Notes: generated by a model from the letters alone, not told the origin. A DNA stretch of 64,000 bases from an uncultured delta proteobacterium (GCA_963789265.1 CAWBKB010000006.1:288001-352000); one strand, 5' to 3'; counted from the stretch's first letter, positions 1 to 9,724 are shown. A program made the numbers and translations.

Positions 1-793
1 CTCTGTCGAGAATCCTTAGGAGCTTCACTTGGAGCGACGGATCCATACTTCCGATTTCATCGAGAAGCAGCGTTCCTCCGTCAGCCTCCTCGAAGAGACC
101 CGGTTTTTCGTCCGTTGCCCCGGTAAACGCCCCGCGCACATGCCCGAACAGCTCCGTCTCTAGAAGGGCACCCGGAATCGCGCCGCAGTTGATTGCCACA
201 AATGACTCGCGGCTTCGGGAAGAGCAGCGGTGGATTTCCCGTGCCATCATCTCTTTTCCCGTCCCGGACTCTCCGGTTATCAGGACCGAAGAATCTGAAC
301 GAGCGACCTGGCGAACCGTATCCAAAACAGCTTTCATGGCCGAACTCTTGACGACCAACTCTCGGCTTCCCTCTATGCGAAGCAGTCTACGCCTGAGGCT
401 AACCACCTCGCGTCGTAAGCGCTCTCTTTCGGAAGCTTTGCGGAGAGTTAAGACAACTTCGTCGGTCTTGAACGGCTTGGAAATGTAGTCGTACGCACCT
501 TTGCGCATGGCTTCAAGTGCAAGTTCGATGCTGCCGTATGCGCTCATGAGGATGACGATCGTGTCTATCCCTCGGCCCCTGAGATGCTCCAAGAGTTGAA
601 TGCCATCCATACCCGGCATTCGAACATCTGAAAGAATAAAGTCGAATTTCTCGCTTTGGGCAAGTTCCAAGGCCTGTCGGGCCGTGCCGGCACACTGGGG
701 CTCGAATCCGTCCCGTTCAAGAACCGAGCTGAGCATGTGTAGCATGTTCGGTTCATCGTCTACGATCAGAATCTTATAACGCTGTTCATCCAT
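1..793 (-). CDS. Sigma54-dependent (NtrC-family) response regulator, runs off the left window edge
   Basis: Manual translation from ATG at 793 (MDEQRYKILIVDDEP): receiver domain (ILSDVRMPGMDG), Walker [15 protein letters not shown] loop, LLLDEIG. Absent from the ORF track because the stop is outside the window. Confidence 0.93.
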   Translation of the reverse strand, partial: MDEQRYKILIVDDEPNMLHMLSSVLERDGFEPQCAGTARQALELAQSEKFDFILSDVRMPGMDGIQLLEHLRGRGIDTIVILMSAYGSIELALEAMRKGAYDYISKPFKTDEVVLTLRKASERERLRREVVSLRRRLLRIEGSRELVVKSSAMKAVLDTVRQVARSDSSVLITGESGTGKEMMAREIHRCSSRSRESFVAINCGAIPGALLETELFGHVRGAFTGATDEKPGLFEEADGGTLLLDEIGSMDPSLQVKLLRILDR

Positions 794-992
794 GGCGCGT
801 GATGGCATGCTCTAGACAGGCGTGGACATCCTCAACCGCCAGGTCGGGGTAGTAGTCCTTGACAATCCGATCAAATGCCAAACCCTCGTTCAGTAGCTCC
901 AGGACGTTTTGAACCGTGATACGCGGTCCAGCGATGCAGGGCTTGCCGAAGTGAATTCGAGGATTACTGGTAATTCGTTCTATCTTAATCAT
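786..992 (-). CDS. DUF433-family protein (antitoxin-like), possibly C-terminally truncated
   Basis: RITSNPRIHFGKPCIAGPRITVQNVLELL...IVKDYYPDL is the DUF433 pattern; AAGGAG RBS; stop overlaps the regulator start by 8 bp. Confidence 0.8.
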   Translation of the reverse strand: MIKIERITSNPRIHFGKPCIAGPRITVQNVLELLNEGLAFDRIVKDYYPDLAVEDVHACLEHAITRHG

Positions 993-1106
993 CCTAGCTC
1001 CTTCCCGGTTGCAACTTGGGTTCCGTTCTTATTATACATCAGTCCGCACCATACGCGTGCCGTCTCCACGCTAAGCGGAACGCCCCGATGATGCGCCACA
1101 TTCTCC

Positions 1107-1135
1107 TTGACATATTTAATCAATTACATTAATAT
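1107..1135 (+). promoter_or_regulatory. Putative sigma70 promoter upstream of the vWA-OmpA gene
   Basis: TTGACA-17 bp-TAATAT in an AT-rich intergenic stretch. Confidence 0.45.
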
Positions 1136-1207
1136 AAACCTGTATATATTGGACATCATGCAATTTATATATAATCAATGTGCATGAGTCCGCCAGGAGG
1201 ATGGTCT

Positions 1208-2506
1208 ATGAAAACAAGCATTGCTGCCTTAGCTCTGGCGGCTCTTCTCATCTTCCTACCGGGACACTCATTCTCGAAAGTCGTGTGCGAAAAAGACCAC
1301 GATTTTATCCCGAGATTTCACAATATGATCTTTCTCTTCGACGTATCCGACTCCATGATGTCAGGATACCCGAAAGCCTATGATTTTTCGCGGCTGTTTG
1401 TTGCCACAAGAGCGTTTATGATGTTCAACGCAGTGATGCCGCACGTGCCACACTGGCAGTATGACCTGAACACTGCGCTCATAACGTTTGGTGACTGTAA
1501 AACTCCCAGGCTTCTCGGCCCTCTCGGTCCGTGGACGAGGGTCAAGTATGCGGCGTACTACGCGTGCATGCGTAAGGAAGGTGGGGGCCCATGGCGAGCC
1601 GCGGCATTTCAGGACGCTTTGCAATTGGCGGGATCTCTTATCGGAACCGCAGCCGGCCGGACCGCCGTAGTGATTTTCACTGATGGGGGCACCATGGGCG
1701 AATGCCCTCAAAAGACTGCTATTTGCCTAAAAGATGCTTACGGCAAGAAAGTTCAGGTGTACGGAATTTTCTTCGGAAACAAGGAAGTCGGCTGGAGGAA
1801 CCTTTATGAGGTCTGCAAGCTGACCGGAGGATATTGCCGCCACTGGGAAGAAGTGCGTGCTAAATCCACAATGCAGGAATTTGCATGGGACATTCTTGTA
1901 AGAGAGATAATGTTCCCGTATCCCGAAGTTTTCTTCAAGGTGAAGAGCGCCGATCTGCTCCCTTCAGAAGCGCTCAAGCTCGAGAGCGTGGCCAATTTTC
2001 TCCATGCCATTCCGCAATATGTGCTCCAAATAGACGGACACACGACGTTCTTCGGCGACACCAGGAGTGATCACAAGCTCGGCATGGCCCGTGCCCTGAG
2101 CGTGAAGAATGCTCTGGTAAGGATGTACAACGTCAATCCCTCAAGAATAATGGTCCGTTCGTGGGGCAAAGAGTTGCCTCGCTACGACAATCAGAATCCG
2201 GACACTGCTGTTCGCAACCGTGAGGCCAACCTGTACTTGATGCTTCCGTTGAGGGATTTCCCCTACGATGAGAAATTTCTGCACACCTTCGGTGTGAGTG
2301 CCGTCGGAGACATCTACAACACGCAAGAGCGCTATAATCCCCAACAACGCGGGAACACCTTCGGACGCCATCCGGATGCCGAGTGGGCATGGCCGGCCAA
2401 ACCCGCGCCGGGTTCACCCATACCTGTACCTGTGGACAGGCGAAGTCAAAAGAGAGGCAGGCTTCCTGCTCAAGCCACCCCAGTCAGCGTGGGAGGACTC
2501 CATTAG
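1208..2506 (+). CDS. Exported vWA-domain + OmpA-like peptidoglycan-binding domain protein
   Basis: GGAGG RBS before MKTS; signal peptide; MIDAS motif DVSDSM and VIFTDG; OmpA C-terminal motifs IDGHT...LGMARA...SWGKELP...RNR. Confidence 0.8.
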   Translation: MKTSIAALALAALLIFLPGHSFSKVVCEKDHDFIPRFHNMIFLFDVSDSMMSGYPKAYDFSRLFVATRAFMMFNAVMPHVPHWQYDLNTALITFGDCKTPRLLGPLGPWTRVKYAAYYACMRKEGGGPWRAAAFQDALQLAGSLIGTAAGRTAVVIFTDGGTMGECPQKTAICLKDAYGKKVQVYGIFFGNKEVGWRNLYEVCKLTGGYCRHWEEVRAKSTMQEFAWDILVREIMFPYPEVFFKVKSADLLPSEALKLESVANFLHAIPQYVLQIDGHTTFFGDTRSDHKLGMARALSVKNALVRMYNVNPSRIMVRSWGKELPRYDNQNPDTAVRNREANLYLMLPLRDFPYDEKFLHTFGVSAVGDIYNTQERYNPQQRGNTFGRHPDAEWAWPAKPAPGSPIPVPVDRRSQKRGRLPAQATPVSVGGLH

Positions 2507-2543
2507 AAGGGGGCCCGGGGCACGCTGACTGTCCTACAGAGAC

Positions 2544-2611
2544 GGGCATCCTTCCAAATTCACAGTAGGGTGGGCATCCTGCCAAATTCACAGTGGGGTG
2601 GGCATCTTGCC
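2544..2611. repeat. Tandem 28-bp direct repeat (about 2.4 copies) built from REP-like sequence
   Basis: GGGCATCCTTCCAAATTCACAGTAGGGT / GGGCATCCTGCCAAATTCACAGTGGGGT / GGGCATCTTGCC. Confidence 0.75.
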
Positions 2612-2641
2612 CGCCATCCAATACGTAACACCGTGTTTCAG

Positions 2642-2746
2642 GTAGGGGCGGGTTTGAAACCCGCCCCTACATATCGTAATGCCCGTGTACGCCGGGACTG
2701 TAGGGGCGAATGGTATTCGCCCCGGGCGACCGCCGGTCGCCCCTAC
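2642..2746. repeat. GTAG-type REP palindromes (two)
   Basis: Perfect palindrome GTAGGGGCGGGTTT-G-AAACCCGCCCCTAC (2642-2670) and GTAGGGGCGAAT...GGTCGCCCCTAC (2700-2746) between convergent genes. Confidence 0.75.
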
Positions 2747-2881
2747 CATCCCGGATCGAGTTCCGGGACGACCAATGACAGTCTATCCCACGCGGGACTG
2801 CCCTAACAGATCCTTTCCAGGATTGTCACTTGTTTGACGGCGCATAGGTATTTGCGCCTAAACCCCGTACTAGATTCTCCC

Positions 2882-4528
2882 TCACAACTGCTCTCTAGCG
2901 GCATTCTTCGATTCAAGCCACGAAATGGCTGCGGCATGCAGTCTGCCGACGAGCCGCGAAGACCTCGCCAGATCATGGAAACGAACTAGCCATTTCGCCG
3001 GAATCCTCTTGAGCAGCCTGCTGCCGGAACCACTGATCAAGTTGCGGTATCGAATCCGCTCGAGATGTGCTTCCAGTTTTTTTTGGTTCTGCACATTCCT
3101 GTCCCGGATCCTCTCCCAGTTCAGCCCGTTCAGCTCGTCGTAAACAAACTGTTCTCTCTCAAATACGGATGTTCGAACGCTTCGCAAGTTAGTGAGGCCA
3201 TACCGCTCCGGGTATTGAAACATCAAGGACTGTGGCTCCAGGAGAAAACGCTGGGGCAAGAATGCCGCCATATCCGAATCAATGTAGCGCTCCACTAGCC
3301 GTTTGAAACTCTCAACATCCTCTTCCGATTCATGAGGAGCGTTGTAGATCAGGTGGATGTAATTTTTGATCCCAAAACCTATTGCTTGGTCGATCAAATC
3401 ATGCATTTTCTCTGCGTCAAACCGCTTTCCCAGTAACCGAACCGTGGGAGTATGAGCCGATTCGACCCCCCAGAAGAGGCTGAAGCATCCGGCGTCTTTT
3501 GCTTTCTTCAGCAACTCTTGGCTGAACCCGTTTACCTTTGCATAGGCATACCAACGAATGGCGGGAAGCTCGGCCGCAAGTCGATCGCAAACCTCGGCAC
3601 AGCGGGTGGGATTGCCGTTAATCGAAGCATCTGCAAACTGGAACGTAACCGTTCGGTATTTCCGGGCAAGTTGAGATACCTCTGAAACGATCTTGTCGGC
3701 TGACTTGCAATCAAACGCGTCAACCAGGCGTCCCGTACAGAAACTGCACTGCGAGGGGCACCCCTTGGACATTCGATATGGAAGAAAGAGAGTCTTCTCT
3801 CCGGTCAAGGGATGGTCGTAGCGATACGAGTCCAGAGAAAGGCCCTCAAAGTCGGGAACGCGCTCTTCTTCGGCCGGCAGTCTGGACTGCGGCCTCTGAA
3901 TAAGCTTTCCTTCCTCGAAATAGATAGCGCCGGGTATTTCCGCGCGGCAGACCTTCATTCTTCCGTGGTGCAGCCTGTGGAGCATGAGCAGGGGGACCTC
4001 TCCGCTCCCTTTAATCCAGTAGTCGGCCGCTCCGTAAGGAACAAAGGATTCCGCGGGCTTGATCGTGATAAAGGGTCCGCCGAAGACGATTACAGCCTCC
4101 CGGTTAAGTCGGCGGATATAATGTGCGATTAGAAGTGAGGCCCAGAACTGATGATAAGCGACTATGGAGAAGGCGTACATTCCCGCGTCGGGAATCAAGC
4201 GGCCCGCATACTTTTCGGTGAAGGCTCCGAGCCCTTCCTGCAAGGCGAATCCTTGAAGAGAATTGAAGAATTCGTCCTGGGAAAACGTCCTTTCAGGGTT
4301 GTGGTAGTCGATGTCATCATTATCGCCAAAGAGATATTCGATGAGAAAATCGCATTGGATCACCGGCACAGAGTGCTCTTTCAGAAAGGCGTAAACTACC
4401 GACATGCCGTAAGGCATAAATTTGGTCTTTAGGTATCGTTTACTTATAGCTGGAGGATGAACGAGAACCACTCGCGGATCGGCGGGATAGCGAAGCGTTA
4501 CTGATGCATCACTCGAACCTGATTTCAT
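2882..4528 (-). CDS. B12-binding-domain radical SAM protein
   Basis: CPSQCSFC (CxxxCxxC) motif; N-terminal B12-binding-like region (IVFGGP, GSGEVPL); GC-x-WGVES motif. Confidence 0.85.
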   Translation of the reverse strand: MKSGSSDASVTLRYPADPRVVLVHPPAISKRYLKTKFMPYGMSVVYAFLKEHSVPVIQCDFLIEYLFGDNDDIDYHNPERTFSQDEFFNSLQGFALQEGLGAFTEKYAGRLIPDAGMYAFSIVAYHQFWASLLIAHYIRRLNREAVIVFGGPFITIKPAESFVPYGAADYWIKGSGEVPLLMLHRLHHGRMKVCRAEIPGAIYFEEGKLIQRPQSRLPAEEERVPDFEGLSLDSYRYDHPLTGEKTLFLPYRMSKGCPSQCSFCTGRLVDAFDCKSADKIVSEVSQLARKYRTVTFQFADASINGNPTRCAEVCDRLAAELPAIRWYAYAKVNGFSQELLKKAKDAGCFSLFWGVESAHTPTVRLLGKRFDAEKMHDLIDQAIGFGIKNYIHLIYNAPHESEEDVESFKRLVERYIDSDMAAFLPQRFLLEPQSLMFQYPERYGLTNLRSVRTSVFEREQFVYDELNGLNWERIRDRNVQNQKKLEAHLERIRYRNLISGSGSRLLKRIPAKWLVRFHDLARSSRLVGRLHAAAISWLESKNAAREQL

Positions 4529-4614
4529 GTTCGCTCTTAGGACTGCGAGGAACGTCTACGAGTAGTTCTGAAAGAAAGGGTCCGCAATAGCGAAGTCTGA
4601 CAATTCTGCGTGGA

Positions 4615-5112
4615 TCAATGAGAATGAGGCTGCTTGTTCAGCTTATCCATTTTCGCAACCACGGCTGACAGCCTGGCCTCAATGTCGTTCAACTTGTTTT
4701 GCAAAGCGGCATTGCTAGCCGATTGACGCGGCCCTTGCGCCGAGCTTCCCGTGGGACGCAACGACTGCTTCAGGTCTCCCAATTCTTGGCGAATCCCCTG
4801 CAAGCTCCTGATCACTCCGCGCTCATTATCAAGCATGGCTTGAGAATAATTTTGAATGGCACGCTCCGCACCGGTCCCTTTTTTTTGGAGTTCCGCTATA
4901 AGGCCGTCGGTCTTATATTGCATCCTTTCCGTTGTAGCAGCCATTCGACTGGTGCTATTGGCCATTGAAGGCATAGCGGATGCCATGACCCCCATATAAT
5001 AAACCATCTGGTCCATATTCCCCTGAATCCTTTTCACATCAGGGAGGCCCGCGCAACTTACGGCGAATAAGAGGGTCGAGACGACCAGCAAATTTCTTAG
5101 AGTTCCAGTCAT
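4615..5112 (-). CDS. Hypothetical coiled-coil lipoprotein
   Basis: Hydrophobic N-terminus with lipobox-like AVSC; helical heptad-rich body. Confidence 0.65.
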   Translation of the reverse strand: MTGTLRNLLVVSTLLFAVSCAGLPDVKRIQGNMDQMVYYMGVMASAMPSMANSTSRMAATTERMQYKTDGLIAELQKKGTGAERAIQNYSQAMLDNERGVIRSLQGIRQELGDLKQSLRPTGSSAQGPRQSASNAALQNKLNDIEARLSAVVAKMDKLNKQPHSH

Positions 5113-5173
5113 GACGAAACCCCTGGGAGCCAGGTTCGGTTTGGATTCGCAGACCTTCCTGTGCGTCGATTAC

Positions 5174-5959
5174 TTAGTGTCTCCAGTTGAATGTCCCAAA
5201 TTTCGCAGGGTCCATTATTTCATCCGGCAGTTGAATTCCGAAAACTGCATTGTCCTGTCGCACCAGAATCTTCATCTTCTTGGAAGGGATAGTTATCTCT
5301 TCCTCTCTGGGAAACTGCGTGCCCTTATCGGTTTTGAAGAATTTCACGACGCGAAAAGTCCTTTGTATTTTTCCTTTCGGATCGCGCTGCTCCGACTTGA
5401 TTACCAGGAAATCGTTTTTGGATACCCAGACCAAGCGCTCTCCCTTTTCGTTGGGCATCGAGATTTTGATCACATAGCACTCGCGGCCGTCCACGGTCTC
5501 TTCGTTGAGAAGCGTCTCCCGGCCGGCGCCGTTGGGCACAAAGCCCTGGATGTCTTCCATGGTAAGGCCGGTAGCTCCTATGTTCACCGATGGGTCGTTA
5601 ACGGCCAAGGGGAGAGTCTTACCTGCTGCCGGCATGTACATGAAAGCCTTGGTTTCGTCCCCGGGCTCGATCTCGAAGAGAAAGCGCAAGCCTTTAGATT
5701 CTTTAGGCTCTATGAAATCAATGAAAAAGGTGCTTGTGTCCTTCTTTGTCTTTCCCATGAACCAAAGGACATGGTGAGAGACGGCTTTCATCTTTCTCAG
5801 GGTCTTCACGGAAACCACGGCACGAAAGGTGTCGTGGAAATTCTGCTTCGCGACCTGTTCGAGAATTTCGTGCGCGGTCATTGCCTGCAAATCAAGGGAG
5901 ATACAGAGCAGAACCAGTCCGATAATGACGGGTAAGTATCGATTAGTGCTAAAACGCAT
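5174..5959 (-). CDS. Outer-membrane lipoprotein-sorting (LolA-like) protein
   Basis: Signal peptide, TAHEILEQV, FIEPKESKGLRFL, YMPAAGK, ATGLTMEDI and EETVDGRECYVI resemble the LolA-like sorting family. Start at 5959 is approximate. Confidence 0.7.
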   Translation of the reverse strand: MRFSTNRYLPVIIGLVLLCISLDLQAMTAHEILEQVAKQNFHDTFRAVVSVKTLRKMKAVSHHVLWFMGKTKKDTSTFFIDFIEPKESKGLRFLFEIEPGDETKAFMYMPAAGKTLPLAVNDPSVNIGATGLTMEDIQGFVPNGAGRETLLNEETVDGRECYVIKISMPNEKGERLVWVSKNDFLVIKSEQRDPKGKIQRTFRVVKFFKTDKGTQFPREEEITIPSKKMKILVRQDNAVFGIQLPDEIMDPAKFGTFNWRH

Positions 5960-6271
5960 ACCTTGTGGTCCCAAGCGTGAGTTTGTTCGTGTCATGAGTT
6001 CTAGGCCGCTTGCTAAGCAAATTACTAATGTAAAAGGACGATTACCTTTCGTTTGAAAAACACAGTACTTGCAATGGCTTTAATACCATAAAAACACTGC
6101 ATTTGTCAATAGGTTGTGCCCACGGGAAAGGGGCAGCCTCCAGGGCAATCAACCTCATGCAAAGGGCCCGTGCCCATAACGAATGCCCCAAACTCTATCA
6201 CATCAAGCTTTATATTGACAACAGCTTATTTAGGGCGTGCGCGTGTATTAGGTACGTGGGGCAGGCTTTCC

Positions 6272-6488
6272 GAGACTGTCTCAAAATTCCGCACAAGGTT
6301 CGAATCGTGCCACGATGGCAGCCCGGCACTGAAGCACCAGTCTACTTTCTATCGCCCCAATGGGGCTCAAATGCAAGCGTCCCGTAGGGACTGGGGATAG
6401 TAGCCCGATCCCGCGGAACGCGGGATTGCCGGGGCGAAAGTCTATCGTGCCTCGCATTTTACTCATGCCCGGATTTTGAGACAGTTTC
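6272..6488. mobile_element. MITE with IS1182-type ends
   Basis: 15-bp TIRs GAGACTGTCTCAAAA / TTTTGAGACAGTTTC (14/15); 4-bp TSD TTCC (6268-6271, 6489-6492). The right end is the exact reverse complement of the left TIR of the IS at 53113. Confidence 0.8.
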
Positions 6489-6696
6489 TTCCAGCCCGCC
6501 TGTTGCTCAACTTGGCTGACGGCAGGCTTGAAGCGCCGGGTTGTCAACGTGCTACAATTCGAGGCACCAAAATAGTTTTGGAACAGTTTTGTAAGGCCCG
6601 TACTACATGAGCAAGCAGTCATGTATTTCATTTCTTTTGATGCTTTTTTTTCAAGCAGACATAGGCTAAAATACGCGATTGTACGGGAGATAATCC

Positions 6697-7056
6697 ATGA
6701 ATCTTATTATTCGACTAAGCATTGTCCCTATTTTTGCGACGGTTTTGACCGCTCCAGCCTACGCACAGTGGCCGCTGGGACAAAATCCGCCCACGCAGGA
6801 AGCCAGGTCCGCAGAAGCCGGTCTTCATATTACGACCACGGGTAGGTACCAAATCTTTGTCTCACCTCAGGCCAAAGGTCACACGTTTATGCTCGACACG
6901 GATTCGGGCAGAGTCTGGATCATGAAAAAGGACAGCACATCCGGTGATTTTTCCTTACATCGAGTTCCTGTGGAGCAGGTAGATGCCCAGCCTGCCGGCA
7001 AATCCGGGACAAAGCAGACCAAGAAGAGTGAGAAACAGTCCACCATTCCGAAATGA
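6697..7056 (+). CDS. Small exported hypothetical protein
   Basis: GGAG RBS, signal peptide ending AYA, GRYQI...TFMLDTDSGRVW motif. Confidence 0.7.
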   Translation: MNLIIRLSIVPIFATVLTAPAYAQWPLGQNPPTQEARSAEAGLHITTTGRYQIFVSPQAKGHTFMLDTDSGRVWIMKKDSTSGDFSLHRVPVEQVDAQPAGKSGTKQTKKSEKQSTIPK

Positions 7057-7249
7057 TTGATTGATGGTTAACTTATAATTGTTGATGGCTCATAAGCTCC
7101 CAACCTTTTCTTGATCTTTTCCAATAGACGATGTTACCAAAGGGATCTCGGCGGAGGCGCCTGAGAGATGTGACCAGCCGCCGGTGGGAGACGGGGTTGA
7201 GAGCGGCTGGGCTGACTGATCGGACAACAGAGGAGGAGCGAACGCTGAT

Positions 7250-8326
7250 ATGAAAACGCAGGGATACAGGGTCGCTGTTGTCGGCGCTACCGGCGCAGTG
7301 GGCAACATGATGATCGATCTTTTGGAGAAACGGTCTTTCCCGGTAAAAGAAATCTTGCTGCTGGCCTCGGGTCGTTCCGCCGGGAGAACTCTCAGATTCA
7401 GGGGGGAAGATCATCCTGTGCAGGAGCTTACTGAGTCTTCATTTGAAGGCGTGGACATCGGCCTGTTCTCACCCGGAGGGGCTGTCAGCGCAAAATTTGC
7501 ACCGGTGGCCGCAGCCGCGGGTTGCATAGTGATAGACAATACTGCCCACTTTCGAATGGATCCCGAAGTTCCCCTGGTAGTGCCGGAAGTGAATCCCGGC
7601 GCCATCGCGGGTTATAAGGCAAAGAACATTATTGCCAATCCCAACTGCTCCACCATACAGATGGTCGTTGCGCTCAAACCTCTGCACGATGCCGCAACCA
7701 TCAAGCGAATCGTCGTGTCCACGTATCAGTCTGTATCGGGTACCGGGAAAGATGCCATCGAGGAGATGCTCGATCAGTCGCGAGCGATCTCTTCCGCGGT
7801 CCTCTGGACGAAAGATCAGGGCCTGGATACTCTGAGAGAAGCTTTGAAGCCTTATAGGACGGTAGCCACTAATGTCTATCCCCACCGTATCGCATTCGAG
7901 TGTCTGCCCCATATCGACGTCTTCCTGGAAAACGGTTACTCCAGGGAGGAGATGAAAATGGTGTGGGAGACTCACAAGATACTGGATCCATCCATCCGCG
8001 TCACAGCCACGGCTGTCCGGGTACCGACATTCTTCGGTCATTCCGAATCAGTGAACATCGAGACTGAAAAAAAGATCACGCGAGAAGAGGCGCGCGAGCT
8101 TCTCGAGCATGCACCCGGCGTTCAGGTGGTTGACGATCCATCGTGCAATGAATATCCGCTAACTGCCCTCGCGGGCGGCGAAGATCTCACGCTGGTCGGC
8201 CGGATTCGTGAGGATGAAACCATACCCAACGGTTTGAATCTCTGGGTGGTTTCAGACAATATTGTCAAAGGGGCTGCACTTAATGCAATCCAGATTGCTG
8301 AGACACTTGTGGACCGCTACCTCTGA
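7250..8326 (+). CDS. asd: Aspartate-semialdehyde dehydrogenase
   Basis: VGATGAVG NADP-binding motif, IANPNCSTIQM catalytic Cys, GHSES, DNIVKGAALNA. Confidence 0.97.
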   Translation: MKTQGYRVAVVGATGAVGNMMIDLLEKRSFPVKEILLLASGRSAGRTLRFRGEDHPVQELTESSFEGVDIGLFSPGGAVSAKFAPVAAAAGCIVIDNTAHFRMDPEVPLVVPEVNPGAIAGYKAKNIIANPNCSTIQMVVALKPLHDAATIKRIVVSTYQSVSGTGKDAIEEMLDQSRAISSAVLWTKDQGLDTLREALKPYRTVATNVYPHRIAFECLPHIDVFLENGYSREEMKMVWETHKILDPSIRVTATAVRVPTFFGHSESVNIETEKKITREEARELLEHAPGVQVVDDPSCNEYPLTALAGGEDLTLVGRIREDETIPNGLNLWVVSDNIVKGAALNAIQIAETLVDRYL

Positions 8327-8425
8327 GGCTCAATAGTTGAGGACTGCCGTTCTCGAAGGAGAATTCACAATACGCGGCTCCGGCTGGGCAATTACCCCGT
8401 AAACAGAAAGGCGAAAGGAACACCT

Positions 8426-9610
8426 GTGAGCGTCAAACGAGAGGCTGTCATAGTCAGTGCCGTTCGTACTCCGATCGGCTCTTTCGGGGGGACCCTTAGT
8501 GGGTTCGGTGCAACAGAGCTGGGAGGGATGGTTGTCGCAGAGGCCGTTAAGAGAGCGGGACTGGACAAAGCCGATGTGGACGAAGTCATAATGGGGCAGG
8601 TACTTCCGTGCGGATACGGCCAGAACCCGGCTCGGCAGGCGTCTCTAAAGGCCGGCCTCCCGTATGAAACTCAGTGCTTCACAATAAATAAAGTCTGCGG
8701 ATCGGGGCTTAAGGCGGTCATGTTGGCCGCGCAGGCTATTCAGCTCGGGGACGCTGAAGTTGTCATAGCGGGGGGCATGGAGAGTATGACCAATGCCCCG
8801 TACTATCTTGAAAAGGCCCGCTTCGGATACCGGATGGGTGATGGAGGGCTGATTGACCACATGGTTCATGACGGCCTCTGGGACATAGTGAACGATTTCC
8901 ACATGGGCATCAGCAACGACCTGTGCAGCGAGAAATATAATGTCTCAAGAGAGGATCAGGATCGTTACGCCGCGCTGAGCTATTCACGAACTTTAGAATC
9001 GATGAAAGAAGGCCGATACAAAGAAGAAATCATGCCTGTTACCGTTCCTCAGCGAAAGGGCGATCCAAAAATCTTTGACACAGATGAGTGCCCGAGGGAG
9101 ACCGGCTATGAGGCATTAAGCCGAATGAAGCCGGCATTTCAGGCGGGAGGGTATGCCACGGCCGGGAATGCATCCGTAATTTCCGACGGGGCTTCCGCAC
9201 TTTGTGTCACGTCCTACGAAAAAGCCAAAGAAAGAGGATTAGAAGTATTAGTCAGGGTGGGCTCGCAGGGAAGTGCGGGGCTGGACATGAAGTATGTGCT
9301 CATGGCTCCGATCCTCTCAATCCCTAAAGTTGCATCCAAAGAGGGCGTAGACTACCGGAAGATAGACCTCATGGAAGTCAACGAAGCATTTTCGGGCTCG
9401 ACCGTCGGTGTCATCCGCGAGCTGGGCCTGGACGTCGATCAGTGCAACGTGAACGGCGGATCGGTAGCCCTGGGTCATCCCATAGGGGCAAGCGGAGCAA
9501 GGGTTCTCACAACTCTCATTTATGCTATGAAGCACCGGGGGGCCAGGTCAGGGATGGCCTCTCTATGTCTGGGAGGAGGGGAAGCGGTTTCTCTATATAT
9601 AGATAGGTGA
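8426..9610 (+). CDS. Acetyl-CoA C-acetyltransferase (thiolase)
   Basis: NKVCGSG, EVNEAF, GHPIGASG and SLCLGGG motifs. Confidence 0.95.
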   Translation: MSVKREAVIVSAVRTPIGSFGGTLSGFGATELGGMVVAEAVKRAGLDKADVDEVIMGQVLPCGYGQNPARQASLKAGLPYETQCFTINKVCGSGLKAVMLAAQAIQLGDAEVVIAGGMESMTNAPYYLEKARFGYRMGDGGLIDHMVHDGLWDIVNDFHMGISNDLCSEKYNVSREDQDRYAALSYSRTLESMKEGRYKEEIMPVTVPQRKGDPKIFDTDECPRETGYEALSRMKPAFQAGGYATAGNASVISDGASALCVTSYEKAKERGLEVLVRVGSQGSAGLDMKYVLMAPILSIPKVASKEGVDYRKIDLMEVNEAFSGSTVGVIRELGLDVDQCNVNGGSVALGHPIGASGARVLTTLIYAMKHRGARSGMASLCLGGGEAVSLYIDR

Positions 9611-9724
9611 TGGTATCGCATGGCAGTGGCGATTCTGTTGGCAGCGTTATGTTTGCTCCTCAACATTTGCTTCTATGTAGGCCCGCCATTCATTTGTTCA
9701 GGGCGAACGGTGTATTTCCATCGG

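Noticed and set aside
2544..2611. 28-bp tandem repeats as a CRISPR array
   Set aside because: Units are contiguous with no unique spacers, only about 2.4 copies, and there are no cas genes.
5111..5935. 274-aa plus-strand ORF
   Set aside because: Antisense shadow of the LolA-like gene; no motifs.
6113..6180. GC-rich hairpin as a riboswitch
   Set aside because: No conserved riboswitch core recognisable; the ends (GTTGTGCCCACGG / CCGTGCCCATAAC) resemble the REP-like repeats.
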